Assembly: GCF_006345805.1 (NCBI RefSeq)
Contig: NC_043011.1
Coordinates: 32,190,464 to 32,254,463, forward strand
Reading direction: 5' to 3'
Length of the DNA stretch: 64,000 nucleotides
Source: Octopus sinensis
Lineage: Eukaryota
The position numbers were made by a program, and so were the translations under genes. The notes under the pieces were generated by a model that worked only from the letters and a program-made list of their open reading frames with translations, did no database searches and was not told the origin of the DNA. Shown piece by piece: positions 11,750 to 24,400 of the stretch; position 1 is the first letter of the stretch, and the number at the start of each line of letters is the position of its first letter.

Positions 11750-14700
11750 CTCAAGTTCGCAATGTGACATTGCTTTTGCTAACTATATTCCGAGTATGGA
11801 GCTTGTATCTTTGTCAGAAACCAGCTCCTTCCTTCCAGTAAGACTTCACATAATTAAAAATAAAAGAGAACAAACATACATACATAGAAAGAAAGAAGAC
11901 AAATGAAGAGTAAGAGAGAAAGAAAGTCTGTATTCTTAATCCTATTTATAAACAGAAACGTTTTTGTTAGTTGAAATCACTCCTGTTGAATATCTGAAAG
12001 ATAAAAACAAACCAAAATGTGATGCCTGCTTAAAAAGTGAAGAACAAAAAACAATAACAACAAATGGAAGAAGAACAGAAGATAATTTTTGAAACTAATT
12101 TATTGCATAGCTCTTATTTGCTTTATATATATATATATATATAATGTTGAGGAAGATATAGGGGAGTTGTTTATGTGGACAGAAAGAGCTATTAAACGTT
12201 AAGTAAACAGCTTATGCAATAGATTTGATAGTCCGGGGACAAAACAGGCTTCTGTCAGGAGACCAGATGATAAAAATGGGTTTTGAGATCATTTGGAAGG
12301 ATGAGGATGTGGTAAACTTCTGTTAGTAACTTTATTATGTGAAGCAATAAACGTTTGATTGTGCCCTGAATCTCTTCCTCAAATTCGAAATAGACATTTT
12401 TTTTTTATGTTATCCATATTTTGCTGTTTATATTTTCTTTTTGTTCCTTCTCTATAACCAAAGAGAAAATCACAAGGAAGGTAATTTAGGGAGAGAAAAA
12501 AAGAAACATATATATACATATATACACACACACATATTGAATACGTATGTGTGTGTGAGTATATACTCATACACATAGGCTCATATATATATATATACAC
12601 ATACATACACACACACATTCATATGTATGTGTGTGTGTTTGTATATATATATGTATATGGTGAGAGAGGTGGGTGTAAGTAGGGGGTTATACTGGACAAT
12701 AAAACAACTAAATCAACTAAAGAAATGCAAATGTTGTTTGCCGCCATAAAATATTTGCAGTGTTATATATATAAAAAAAAAAAAATGACAGGAACAATTT
12801 ATTTCTTAGATTAGTCAAACTAGTTTAGTTTGAGCAATGGTTTTTTTTCCAGCACCAATTCACTTTTTAAAATAAGGGTTCTTTTTTTTTTTTTTTGTTG
12901 CAGGGTGGGTAATATTAGAAACCCCAAATTCTTTGTCGAAATGTCTTGAATATATATTTCAAGCAGCAATTGTGAAAGCCCACATAGAATGTAAAAGACG
13001 CAGTGTATTCCTGCTTCAGTTGCCTACTATTTAGCAGTAAACAGAACTGTCTGAAAATATTTGGTTTAAAAAATAAGACTGAGTCTAAAAGGAATTTTCT
13101 TTTGCTTTTTTAAGAAAAAAACAACCCCAAACAATAACATGTGTAATTTCATATCCACTCATGTTACTCAACTGTATAATGTTGTTTTGATATAGGAGTA
13201 TTCTCAATACAACATTAACCCTCTCATTTCATAATTTTAGTGAGATATTTTGAAATCCACACCAGTATTTTTCAGTATAGTTGGTTTTAATATAAGTATA
13301 ATTTTAGTTTCAGTATAATTCAATATACTGTTATATGAGTTTTTTTTTTACTCATGCATTGATAGTTTTTCGGTTATAACAGTAATAAGCAGAATTACCA
13401 TTTTATACTGCCTTAAGTTCCATTTCTTTTTTTCATTTTGTTGCTGTTGTTGTAGTTGTCATTAAAATGTATATTTATGGATTTATATGTTTCTATGTCA
13501 GTAATTGGAGAAATGATATACAGAACAGTTGTAACAACATTAAGAAGAAAGAGACAGGTGGAATGAGACGACCTGGTGGACATTCAGCTTGTTTTGGCAA
13601 CTGGACATTTTGGAGCTGGGAGTCAAACATACATATGTGCATATAGAAACATACACATACAAATGGAAAGTATGAGATAGATGGAGAGAGAGAGAGGCCG
13701 GAAGAGACACCATAATTTATTAATTGAATATGATTGACATAAACGTGTTGTCTCTCCTTATAGACAGAGAGAGAGAAAGAGAGAGGGAAAGAGGAAAAGA
13801 AAGATATTACACATAAACATAACTAGATGGTCATACACATAAACAGGGAGAGAGAGAGGGGGAGACAGAAAGAGAGAACGTCTGATGTCTGATGTCAAAT
13901 AAGTCAGCATCAAATCAGTGATGCCAAATAAGCAACACCAAAACAGCTGTGCCAAAGCGTCTCATACCTTAGAGACAGGTGAACCAGAATAATTGGTAGT
14001 GGAAGAATAAAATAATTGATGAGAAACAATTTATAAATGGTAGACACTGTGTTACAAAGCTATATGCAATGTTGTCATATAATCAACCACACGTGTTATG
14101 ATTTGTAAAATGACTTTCACAAAATGATTATCTGGAACCAGTATTATGAATACACAAAAGCAACTAGAATAACAAAAATTAACTGATGGTGATGATACAG
14201 AGATAATAGTGAGATGAGGAACAAGTTAACAGAATATTATCATTTGGTATTTATAAACAACTTTCTTATATTACGTCTTCATAAAAATAAGGGTCTATGT
14301 CTCAATTTTTGTATATTTTTAGTTTTTTTTGTTTTTGTTTTTCTCTTTTGAATATATTTTCAAACAATAGACTAGGACTTGCCTGGGTCATGCCAACATT
14401 CTGAATTATTATAATGAATTCCAGCATTTTTATATATGGACATTAATATGGAAGTGTTAATAGGACGGTCTAATAACTTCAGTATTTTGTTAAAAATATA
14501 CACTTTCCATTTCAAGGACTAGGAGTGACTGGATATGTTTGGGAATGTCTATGTTTTATGATGTCTTCTGCTACAGACACAAACCAGCAAAGAATCTGAC
14601 TCATTCCTACCAGAAAGAAGACAAACTATTTGTTCCCCAACTGTTAAGGACTCCACAAACGTTGTTGAGTTTCTGAAGGCAGAGCAACTTTTATCAGCAT

Positions 14701-16789
14701 GAAGACCAACAGGAAGGAAACAACAGTAGTTTGTCCCCTTCACCCACAACTAACAAGAACTAGTGCCAGAGTTCTTTTGTTCAGGATGAGTTGCCAGCAA
14801 CAACAGTCCAAATTTGAAATACATGCTAATGAAAATGATCCTTCAAGTGATGTTTGTCTTACTCCAATATAACAAGCATGAAAGCTTTCCTTTCAAGACA
14901 AAAGCAAACCAAGAGAAATGTAAGAAAGCCAGGACTTTGATTCCCAAAGTGGTTTAGAACAGAATTAATTTATACACAAACGGAATTAATACCAATAAAC
15001 AAAAAAAACATTCCATCACCTCCTTTTTTTTTTTCTTTTCTTTTACTTAACATAACTAACTATATTACCACTATAATATGATACTATTGACTGCAGTAAC
15101 AACAATCGACAGGAACAGGAAAAGGACAAAAAAAACACAACAACAACAACACAGCAACCAATCTTCATACTATTTATATATGACAATGTACCCCCCCCCC
15201 ACCACTCCATGTCTCCTTCCCCACTCCTTCCATACTTCAAAACAAGGATAGCATACTGTTTGATATTGGTGTTCTACCACACCATGCTAGTTATCAACAA
15301 CTTAATTGCTGGCTAAAAGACTTTTTTTAAAAAAAAATTGTTCCTATATGTCTTTTTTCCTCTGTAGAGAATAACATTTAGTCAAGTTTAGTGTTAGAAG
15401 AGATTTAAAGGAACAGGAAAAGGACAAAAAAAACACAACAACAACAACACAGCAACCATTCTTCATACTATTTATATATGACAATGTACCCCCCACCATT
15501 CCATGTCTCCTTCCCCACTCCTTCCATACTTCAAAACAAGGATAGCATACTGTTTGATATTGGTGTTCTACCACACCATGCTAGTTATCAACAACTTAAT
15601 TGCTGGCTAAAAGACTTTTTTTTAAAAAAAATTGTTCCTACATGTCTTTTTTCCTCTGTAGAGAATAACATTTAGTCAAGTTTAGTGTTAGAAGAGATTT
15701 AAAGGAACAGGAAAAGGACAAAAAAAACACAACAACAACAACACAGCAACCATTCTTCATACTATTTATATATGACAATGTACCCCCCACCACTCCATGT
15801 CTCCTTCCCCACTCCTTCCATACTTCAAAACAAGGATAGCATACTGTTTGATATTGGTGTTCTACCACACCATGCTAGTTATCAACAACTTAATTGCTGG
15901 CTAAAAGACTTTTTTTAAAAAAAATTGTTCCTACATGTCTTTTTTCCTCTGTAGAGAATAACATTTAGTCGAGTTTAGTGTTAGAAGAGATTTAATGGAA
16001 GCATTTTAAAATAGAGAGAAATGATTGCCTTCTCACACTAATGAATAGTGATGTTTGCTTTGTTCAGCTGAATTGGCAATAATAAACATTAAGAAATATT
16101 TAGCTCATTATGTTTTGTTCTGTTTTTATGTCAATATGCACAACAAATATTCTAATATGTTAAGTGAAGAAGTTGATGTTAGTCATGGAGATTATTTCCT
16201 ACAGAATCTGTGAAAATATAAACACAGTAGGATTAATTGTATTAACCCTGATACAACAGTAGTCACGTTTTTATTTACAACGGAAAAATTGAATTAAATG
16301 CAAACAAATATAAAAACAACACAAAATTTCCCAACATTGCAAAATTATTAAAAACCCTCAAAAAAAAATTAAAAAATCAGGAATTAGATGCAAAAAAAAA
16401 TAATAATAAAAATTAAAATTAAACCCAAGAGATAATTATTTTAATAGATTGTCACTGATGAGTCATGTTTGGTAACAATATATTTTTTGATTTCTAGGAT
16501 AGTAAGTAAGGCTCTATAAATGAAATAATGGAATAATGATAGGTTCATCCTGTCTAATGATGGCAACATTGATCTGATGCTTCACAAATGATGGGAATGA
16601 TAAAAATGATTCTCATTGCACACTTCACAAAAGTTAATCCTGATTTCAAAGTTTAAAAAGTATTCAAGTTAAAAATAGAAGACTTGACAAAATGCAAGCT
16701 ATCTTCATGGACAAATATATCAGTATATCACATAAAGAATTCTCAAGCATCCACTGCTATTACATGACCGCAAACTTCCATTTAATGGT
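11750..16789 (-). other. Probable terminal exon / 3'UTR of the PSTPIP-like gene (5' boundary 16789; 3' end undetermined, lower coordinate is only the edge of the SINE-poor block)
   Basis: Very strong acceptor ttttttttcttttctttccag|ACCATTAA at 16789, followed by about 5 kb almost free of the SINEs that saturate the introns. Candidate AATAAA signals on the minus strand near 16270, 13718, 12800 and 12100. Confidence 0.5.
15111..15995. repeat. Tandem triplication of a unique ~294-bp segment
   Basis: gaacaggaaaaggac starts at 15113, 15411 and 15705; the copies differ by a few substitutions. Confidence 0.95.
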
Positions 16790-17088
16790 CTGGAAAGAAA
16801 AGAAAAAAAAATTATTCATTTTGCGTTATAAGAATTCAAGAAGTTTGACAGAACATGAAATAATATGGATGGTAAATTGAATTAATACATTTACTCTTTT
16901 ACTTGTTTCAGTTATTTCAGACTGTGGCTATGCTGGAGTACCGCTTTTAGTCAAGCAAATCGGCCCCAGGATTTATTCTTTGTAAGCCTAATACTTATTC
17001 TATTGGTCTCTTTTGCCGAACCGCTAAGTTACAGGGCTGTAAACACACCAGCATCGGTTGTCAAGCGATGTTGGGGGGACAAACACAT

Positions 17089-17141
<53 letters not shown>

Positions 17142-17989
17142 TATGATGGGCTTCTTTCAGTTTCTGTCTACCAAATCCACTCAAAAAGCTTTGGTCAGCC
17201 TGAAGCTATAAGTAGAAGACACTTGCCCAAGGTGCCACACAGTGTGACTGAACCCGGAACCATGTGGTTGGTAAGCAATCTACTTACCACACAGCCATGA
17301 TGTTTTTTTAAATTTTTTATCCCACCCCCCACTACATAATAAATAATGTTGGTTTGTTTACATCCTCCATAACTTTGCAGTTCAGCAAAAAGCACCTGAT
17401 AGAATAAGAACTAAGATCGATTTGCTCGACTAAAGCTGTTCAAGGTGGTGCCACAACAGTCAACCACACATACCGGCCTCCCCTCTCCACACCACCAGTG
17501 ACGTCGCAACTCATTTCTACAGCTGAGTGAACTGGAGCAACGTGAAATAAAGTGTCTTGCTCAAGAACACAACATGCAGCCCAGTCCGGGATTCGAGCTC
17601 ACAACCGCATGATTGTAAGCTCAACGCTCTAACCACTGAGCCATGCGCCTTCACACACACATATATATATATTGTTGTGTCGAAGGAGAGTCATTCTGTT
17701 TTAATGCCTTATTAAGTAACATACTAACTGGTTCAATTTTCACTCATTTACCTATTTATTTCATTTTCTTTTCTAAAATTTTCGTTGCTTCTTGCAACCT
17801 CTTCAATAGTTGTTGATATGTATATATCTACATGTGTGTGTCTTTGCGTCTGTGTTTTTCCATCAGTGCCGTAGTCAGTGCGGTGGGCACATGACAAACA
17901 CCATCCGATCGTGGCCGTTCGCCAGCCTCATCTAGCACCTGTGTCGGTGGCACATAAGCACACCATCCGAAGACCCGGCAAGACTAGTC

Positions 17990-18725
17990 AGGCCATAACC
18001 CATGGCCCCTACCTGGGACGTAGTCAGTCCACCTGTGCATACCTTCCTTCTTGTGACACTTGTGAAGACCTGTTGAGACAAGTGAAAATCAAAACAAATC
18101 AAAATAGATGAACATCAATGGAATTTGTATCTTTGTGGTACCAGTGCCGGTGGCACGTGGCACATAAGAAAACCATCCGAACGTGGCCGTAGCCAGTACC
18201 GAATCGACTGGCCTCCGTGCTGTGGGCACGTAACAAGCACCATCCGATCGTGGCCGTTTGCCAGCCTCATCTGGCACCTGTGTCGGTGGCACATAAAAAA
18301 CACCATCCGAGCGTGGCCGTCTGCCAGCCTCGTCTGGCACCTGTGTCGGTGGCACATAAAAAACACCATCCGAGCGTGGCCGTCTGCCAGCCTCGTCTGG
18401 CACCTGTGTCGGTGGCACATAAAAAACACCATCCAAGCGTGGCCGTCTGCCAGCCTCGTCTGGCACCTGTGTCGGTGGCACATAAAAAACACCATCCGAG
18501 CGTGGCCGTTTGCCAGCCTCGTCTGGCACCTGTGTCGGTGGCACATAAAATCACCCACTACACTCTCGGAGTGGTTGGCGTTAGGAAGGGCATCCAGCTG
18601 TAGAAACACTGCCAGATCTGACTGGACTGGTGCAGCTTTCGGGCTCCCCAGACCCCAGTTGAACCGTCCAACCCATGCTAGCATGGAAAGCGGACGTTAA
18701 ATGATGATGATGATGATGATGATGA
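17990..18725 (+). mobile_element. RTE-type 3'UTR/tail element with an expanded 63-bp minisatellite (about 5 units, 18238-18547)
   Basis: Unit starts at 18238, 18301, 18364, 18427 and 18490; same tail as the RTE element at 47775-48420. Confidence 0.85.
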
Positions 18726-18940
18726 TCACCACTCGACAACTGGTGTTGGTATGTCTACATCCCTGTAACTTAGTGGTTCAGTGAAAGAGGCCAATAGAAT
18801 AACTACCAGGTTTTAAAAAATAAGTCCTGAGGTCAATTTGCTTGACTAAAAAACCCTTCAAGTCAGTGCTCCAGCATGGCCGCAGTCAGATGACTGAAAC
18901 AAGTAAAAGAATAACAGAATAATAAGTCAAAATACTTTAC

Positions 18941-18972
18941 CTGGTTAACATTCACATCCAATTATGGATCAT
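18941..18972 (-). CDS. PSTPIP1/2: Probable 32-nt penultimate exon carrying the stop codon ((D)DP*, TAA at 18964-18962) plus 21 nt of 3'UTR
   Basis: Acceptor ttttcctttacctccag|ATGA and donor ACCAG|gtaaag in non-repeat sequence; all three frames contain a stop. Confidence 0.55.
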
Positions 18973-19539
18973 CTGGAGGTAAAGGAAAACAAAATATTTA
19001 TGAATAAGGAAATTCTATAGCTATATTTAATATAAAACAAGGACATTAAAAATAGATTTATATTAGGTTGTTCAGAAAATAATGTCCAGTTTTAAAAATA
19101 AGCCTCTATTCTTCAAAAACTGAACTTATTCAAAGGTTTAATTATTCAAAATGTGATCCCTGAATTGTTATGCATTTCTCCCATTGATTAACAAGGTCAT
19201 TTATGCTTCTTCAATAAAAATCCAAAGGTTTTGATGCCAATAAATTCTTGAATTCAGTTTTGACCTCGGTTTTGGAACAGATGGTTTTGTTGCCTTAAAA
19301 AAAGTGTCTAGATGCTTCAAAAAGTGGTTGTCAGTGTGTGAAAGATGTGGTAAAGTCTTATATCCAAAGTCTGTGAGCGTTTGCAGGCAGATTTTCTATG
19401 ACCAGACACCTTTCCTATTCACCAATCCTTACATGTTCCCAAGCAATACACAATAACAAAAGCAGACAGTAGAGCTAGACACAGCCTGTCTTGTTAAACT
19501 GTCCAACCCACCCCTGCATGGAGAACAGTTGTTAAATGC

Positions 19540-19581
<42 letters not shown>

Positions 19582-21450
19582 TTAACATCAGTCGTAGAAA
19601 ATATAAATTAAAGCCAGAAGATGAAGTGCAATTTTGTTAAAAGAATGTACATTTATAAAGCAATGAAGAATTACTGCCTAAATACTGCCAATAAATTTTT
19701 TTAATATACACAAACACACACACTTTGGTGCATTTTTAACACAGTATTTGTTACTAAACACGACATCATTGTAAATACCGTTATTCTATAAATGCTTATG
19801 TGTAGTGAAAAATTGAGCCCATCTCAATTATTGTTACCCTTTTGATGCAAACCAAACAAAAGAAGTGTATTATTTGTTTATATATAACATGCAGTTATAT
19901 AATCAAATATTGTTAAATACAAAATGAAAGTAAAACAAAGCAAGCTAATATGTAGATATTTAATAGCAATGTAATGTTAGTATTACTTATGTTAAAGCAA
20001 TGGGCATACCTACACAAATGTGCCCCACCAATATTTTTTCCTCATAACTTCCAGAAAAATAGATATTTTTTAATGAAATTTTCTACAAATAAGCTTCAGA
20101 TGGTGTAGATTCCGATTATATCAGGATTTGTTGAAAAAAAGTTTCTTGGTGGATGAGGAGAGGAGTTTAAGAAAATTCAAGAATCAGATTTGTTATCTCA
20201 TAACTTTTAGAAAACTGAATATTTTTAAAGAGAATTTTCTAGTGTGTAAATTATATCAGAATTTGATGTGAAAAGAAAATGATGAGCATGCACACATACA
20301 TACAAACACACAATTTTTTTCCAAATTTCAAGTTTCATGTAAATATTTATGTTGTGTGTCAGAATGTGTGTGTGTGTAAGCCCAACATTTTCTTTTCCTT
20401 TCATTTTTTTTCCATTTTAAATTCCAGTATAATCATAATCTACACATTCTAAAAGGTATTTGTATAAAATTTCTTTAAAAAAATATCCATTTTCCTAAAA
20501 TTGATATATAAACAAATCCACCTCATGTGAATTTTCTGAAACTACACTCCACACTCACATAAAAGATTTTTCACAATAACTTCTGGTATAATTGGAATCT
20601 ACACCATCTGAAGCATATTTGTAAAAATTTCATTAAAAAATATCGATTTTTCTGAAGGTTATGAGGAAACAAAGTATGTAGGTATGCCAAGCAATGAAAT
20701 ATTAATTCTTCGGCGAAGCATGCAACAATTGAAAATGTAAAATTTAAAGCAGACAGTTATAAGATGAAATATTACAAAGCAGTCATTAACAGAACGTGCA
20801 TCTAGTATTAACGATCAAAAATGAATAAATGAAGAATATTAGCTGGATAAAAAAAAAAAAAAGAAAAAGACAGTGAAACATAAGTAATAACAGAAGATAT
20901 TCAAACATGCAATGTTTGCCAATTAAACAAGAAGAAAGAGGAGGATGAAGACATTCTGTCAAATTGTGATGAAAAAATTCAGAGAATGAGGTGTAGTCAT
21001 GTAGCCAGAAAGAAACGAAGATACAGAACTAGTAACAGAATTAAAGAAGAGTAATCTGAATCCATCTTAGAATTCATGCTTAATCCAGATACTCTATATA
21101 TTTATTCTTTCACTTGCTTCAAGTCAATTGACTGTGGCCATGCCGGAGCACCGACTTTAGTTGAGCACATCGACCCCAGGACTTATTCTTTGGAAGCCTA
21201 GTACTTATTCTATCGGTCTCTTTTGCCAAACCGCTAAGTTATGGGGGACGTAAACACACCAGCATCGGTTGCCAAGCGATGTTGGGGGGGGGGGGGCGGC
21301 AAACACAGACACACAAACACATATATATATATACATATGACAGGCTTCTTTCAGTTTCCGTCAAGAACACAACATGCAGCCCGGTCTGGGATTCGAGCTG
21401 ACAACCTCAAGATCATAAGCTCAATGCTCTAACCACTGAGCCATGTGCCT

Positions 21451-21497
<47 letters not shown>

Positions 21498-24400
21498 TGA
21501 GAGCCCCTTCGGTCATGAATGACCTTGGGATTGCACCTAGGAAGTTACCCTCCCAGGCACAAGTCTGGGCAAGGTTGTTTATGGAAGATAAGCAGTCGCC
21601 CATGCATACCGGCCTCCCCTCTCCACGCCACCAGTGTTATCCAAGGAAAAGACAAAGGCCGATATAGCTTGGTACCTGTGACATCACAACTCATTTCTAC
21701 AGCTGAGTGAACTGGAGCAACATGAAATAAAGTGTCTTGCTCAAGAACACAACACACAGCTCGGTCCGGGATTCGAACTCGCAACCTCGCGATCGTAAGC
21801 TCGACGTTCTAACCACTGAGCCATGCGCCTTCACACAATGATAATAATAATCACAATAACACTAACAATAATAAGTGAAAATAACAATAGTAATAGAAAG
21901 AAACCCAAAATTAGTAAGAGCGATACATTTGAAGAGATGAACTGAAGGAATACAATAAGCTTGAGAAAAATGTTAGAGTGACAGAAGTAGTGTGGAAAAA
22001 ATAAGAAGGGTAAGCTAGAGTTAATACACTATTAAGTGGGAAGGATTGTTGATATGCCAAGGCATCAGGGTAAAGGGAATAGGGAATTGAGAATTCGGGA
22101 GGAAAAAGCAATCACTGGCTGATAAAAGTATCTGATGATGCTATAAAAGAAAGTATTGTCTGACTAACTGTCTCTCAATGTTCATTCAAGCGTGTATACA
22201 TGTTAATGGTGAATAGGCATCAGTTTAGGCGAACTAGAGGAGAAAATGAAATTGAGATATTCAGAGCGATCACTGTTAATAATCATTTCAAATTTTGGCA
22301 CAAGGCCAGCAATTTGGGGGAAGGGGGTTTGTCGATTATATTAACCCCAGTGCTTAATTGGCGCTTATTTTATTGACTCCAAAAGGATGAAAGGCAAAGT
22401 TGACCTTAGTGGAATTTGAACTCAGAACATATAGATGGATGAAATGCTGCTAAGCATTTTGCCCAGCATGCTAACTATTCTGCCATGATCACTGTCAATA
22501 ATAATTGAATTGATCAATGTTAATATTTTCAAAGATAAATCATTGCTGGAGTTCAGCTTCAAAGCGCTTATTTTAAAGCCTGTTACTTTTTCTGTTAGTG
22601 CCTTTTTTTCCTTTTCTACTCTAGGCACAAGGCCCGAAATTTTGGGGGAAGGGGCCAGTCGATTAGATTGACCTCAGTTAATTTATCAACCCAAAAGGAT
22701 AAAAAGCAAAGTTGACCATGGCAGAATTTGAACTCAGAACGTAAAGCCAGATGAAATACTGCTAAGCAATTTCACCCAGCATGTTAACATTTCTGCTAGC
22801 TTGCCGCCTTCCGTTAATGCCTTTTGCCAAAGCGCTAGATTTTGGTGATGTAAGCAAACTAAATTTGGTGGTCAAGTGGCGGTGAGGGACAAAAACAAAT
22901 ACAGACTCATGCATAAAGTTTCTGTCTACCAAATGCACTCACAAGCCCTTGGTCATCCAGGGATATAGAATAAGACACTTGTCCAAGCATCCATGCAGTG
23001 GGATTGAACTCAAGAATCACAATGTTGGGAAGCAAGCTTCTTAACCACACAGCCATGCTTGTGTCATCCATCAATCAATTAGTTAATAATCAGTCAATTA
23101 TTGAATCCAAATTATGTATCAGGAACAGTGCAGGTTTTGAAGAATTTCCTGATACTATGAATTTCTTAAGGCAGACTGTTTAACATTCAGTATTATCATC
23201 ATCATTAGTTTAATGTCCACTTTTCCATGCTTGCATGGGTTAGACAGAATTTCGTTGATGCAAATTTTCTATGGCCAGTTGCCCTTCCTGCACCAACCTT
23301 TGCCTGTTTCCAAGCAAAATAATATTTGCCTGTGGCCAGATATGTTTTCCATGAAAGAATGGAAACAAACATCATTTATACAACAGTGATGCTCATTTAC
23401 AACCATCACATGATGTCAATACAAGGGTAAATGATCATGCATGCATATACATGCACACACAACAGGCTTCTTTCAGTTTCCATCTGCCAAATCTACTCAC
23501 AATGCTATGGTTGGCTCATTATATATCAAACAAAAAAACAACAAAAAAATTGTCAAGAATTAGTAATTTGACAATTATGCATTCAAAATTAAAGAACATT
23601 GAAAAAAATTCAGGTCAAACCAATAAAAATTGAGAAGTTAAATTAATTATTATGCATCTACAACATTATAATTTTAGTTTCAAAATTATCTTTTCTGATA
23701 GGTGGAGAGTTTACTGTGGGTGCTATTTGATTCTTTGAATCCCTATTCTTGTTTTACACACACACAGAACAAGTTTAATTTAGGAAAATAGAAATGAATT
23801 GAGAAATTGTGAGAGTGGGATAAGGAAACACATAGAGATTTAAAACTTCATATATGTATAAATCAATGGTTCTTAACTGGGGTCCGTATGAAATTTTGGT
23901 GTTAAAATTTATGGGCAATGAATTGCTTATAGTTCTACAATACAAAAAAATATAATTTTTTTATACAGTTTCTAATAATATTTAATTATAAAAATTTTTT
24001 TTTTATGCACCCTTTTCAAGCCTAGCCAGGCTCATGGGCCTGGTTTTCGTGGCGTATGGGTTCCTCGCTAGCTGGATGGGACACCAGTCCATCGCAGCAT
24101 TACTCAAGAAACAGGAAGAAAGAGTGAGAGAAAGTTGGGGTGAAAGAGTACAACAGGGGTCGCCACCCCCCTGCTGGATCCTTGTGGAGCTTTTAGGTGT
24201 TTTCACTCAATAAACATACACAACGCCCGGTCTGGGAATCGAAACCGTGAGTCTACTGCCCTAACCACTAGGCCATTGTGCCTCCACAATTATAAAAATG
24301 CAGTAGGAATTTGTTTTTTATTATATTTTGAATGGCTATGGAGGTCCAGTAGAGTAGAATATGAATCTAAAGGGCCCCTAGACAAGAAATGGTTGAGATC

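Noticed and set aside
14549-14760. Open stretches on both strands (e.g. + TQTSKESDSFLPERRQTICSPTVKDSTNVVEFLKAEQLLSA*)
   Set aside because: No recognisable domain and no partner exons; lies inside the putative 3'UTR.
18238-18547. Regular repeat array as CRISPR
   Set aside because: Contiguous near-identical 63-bp units without unique spacers, inside a eukaryotic retroelement tail.
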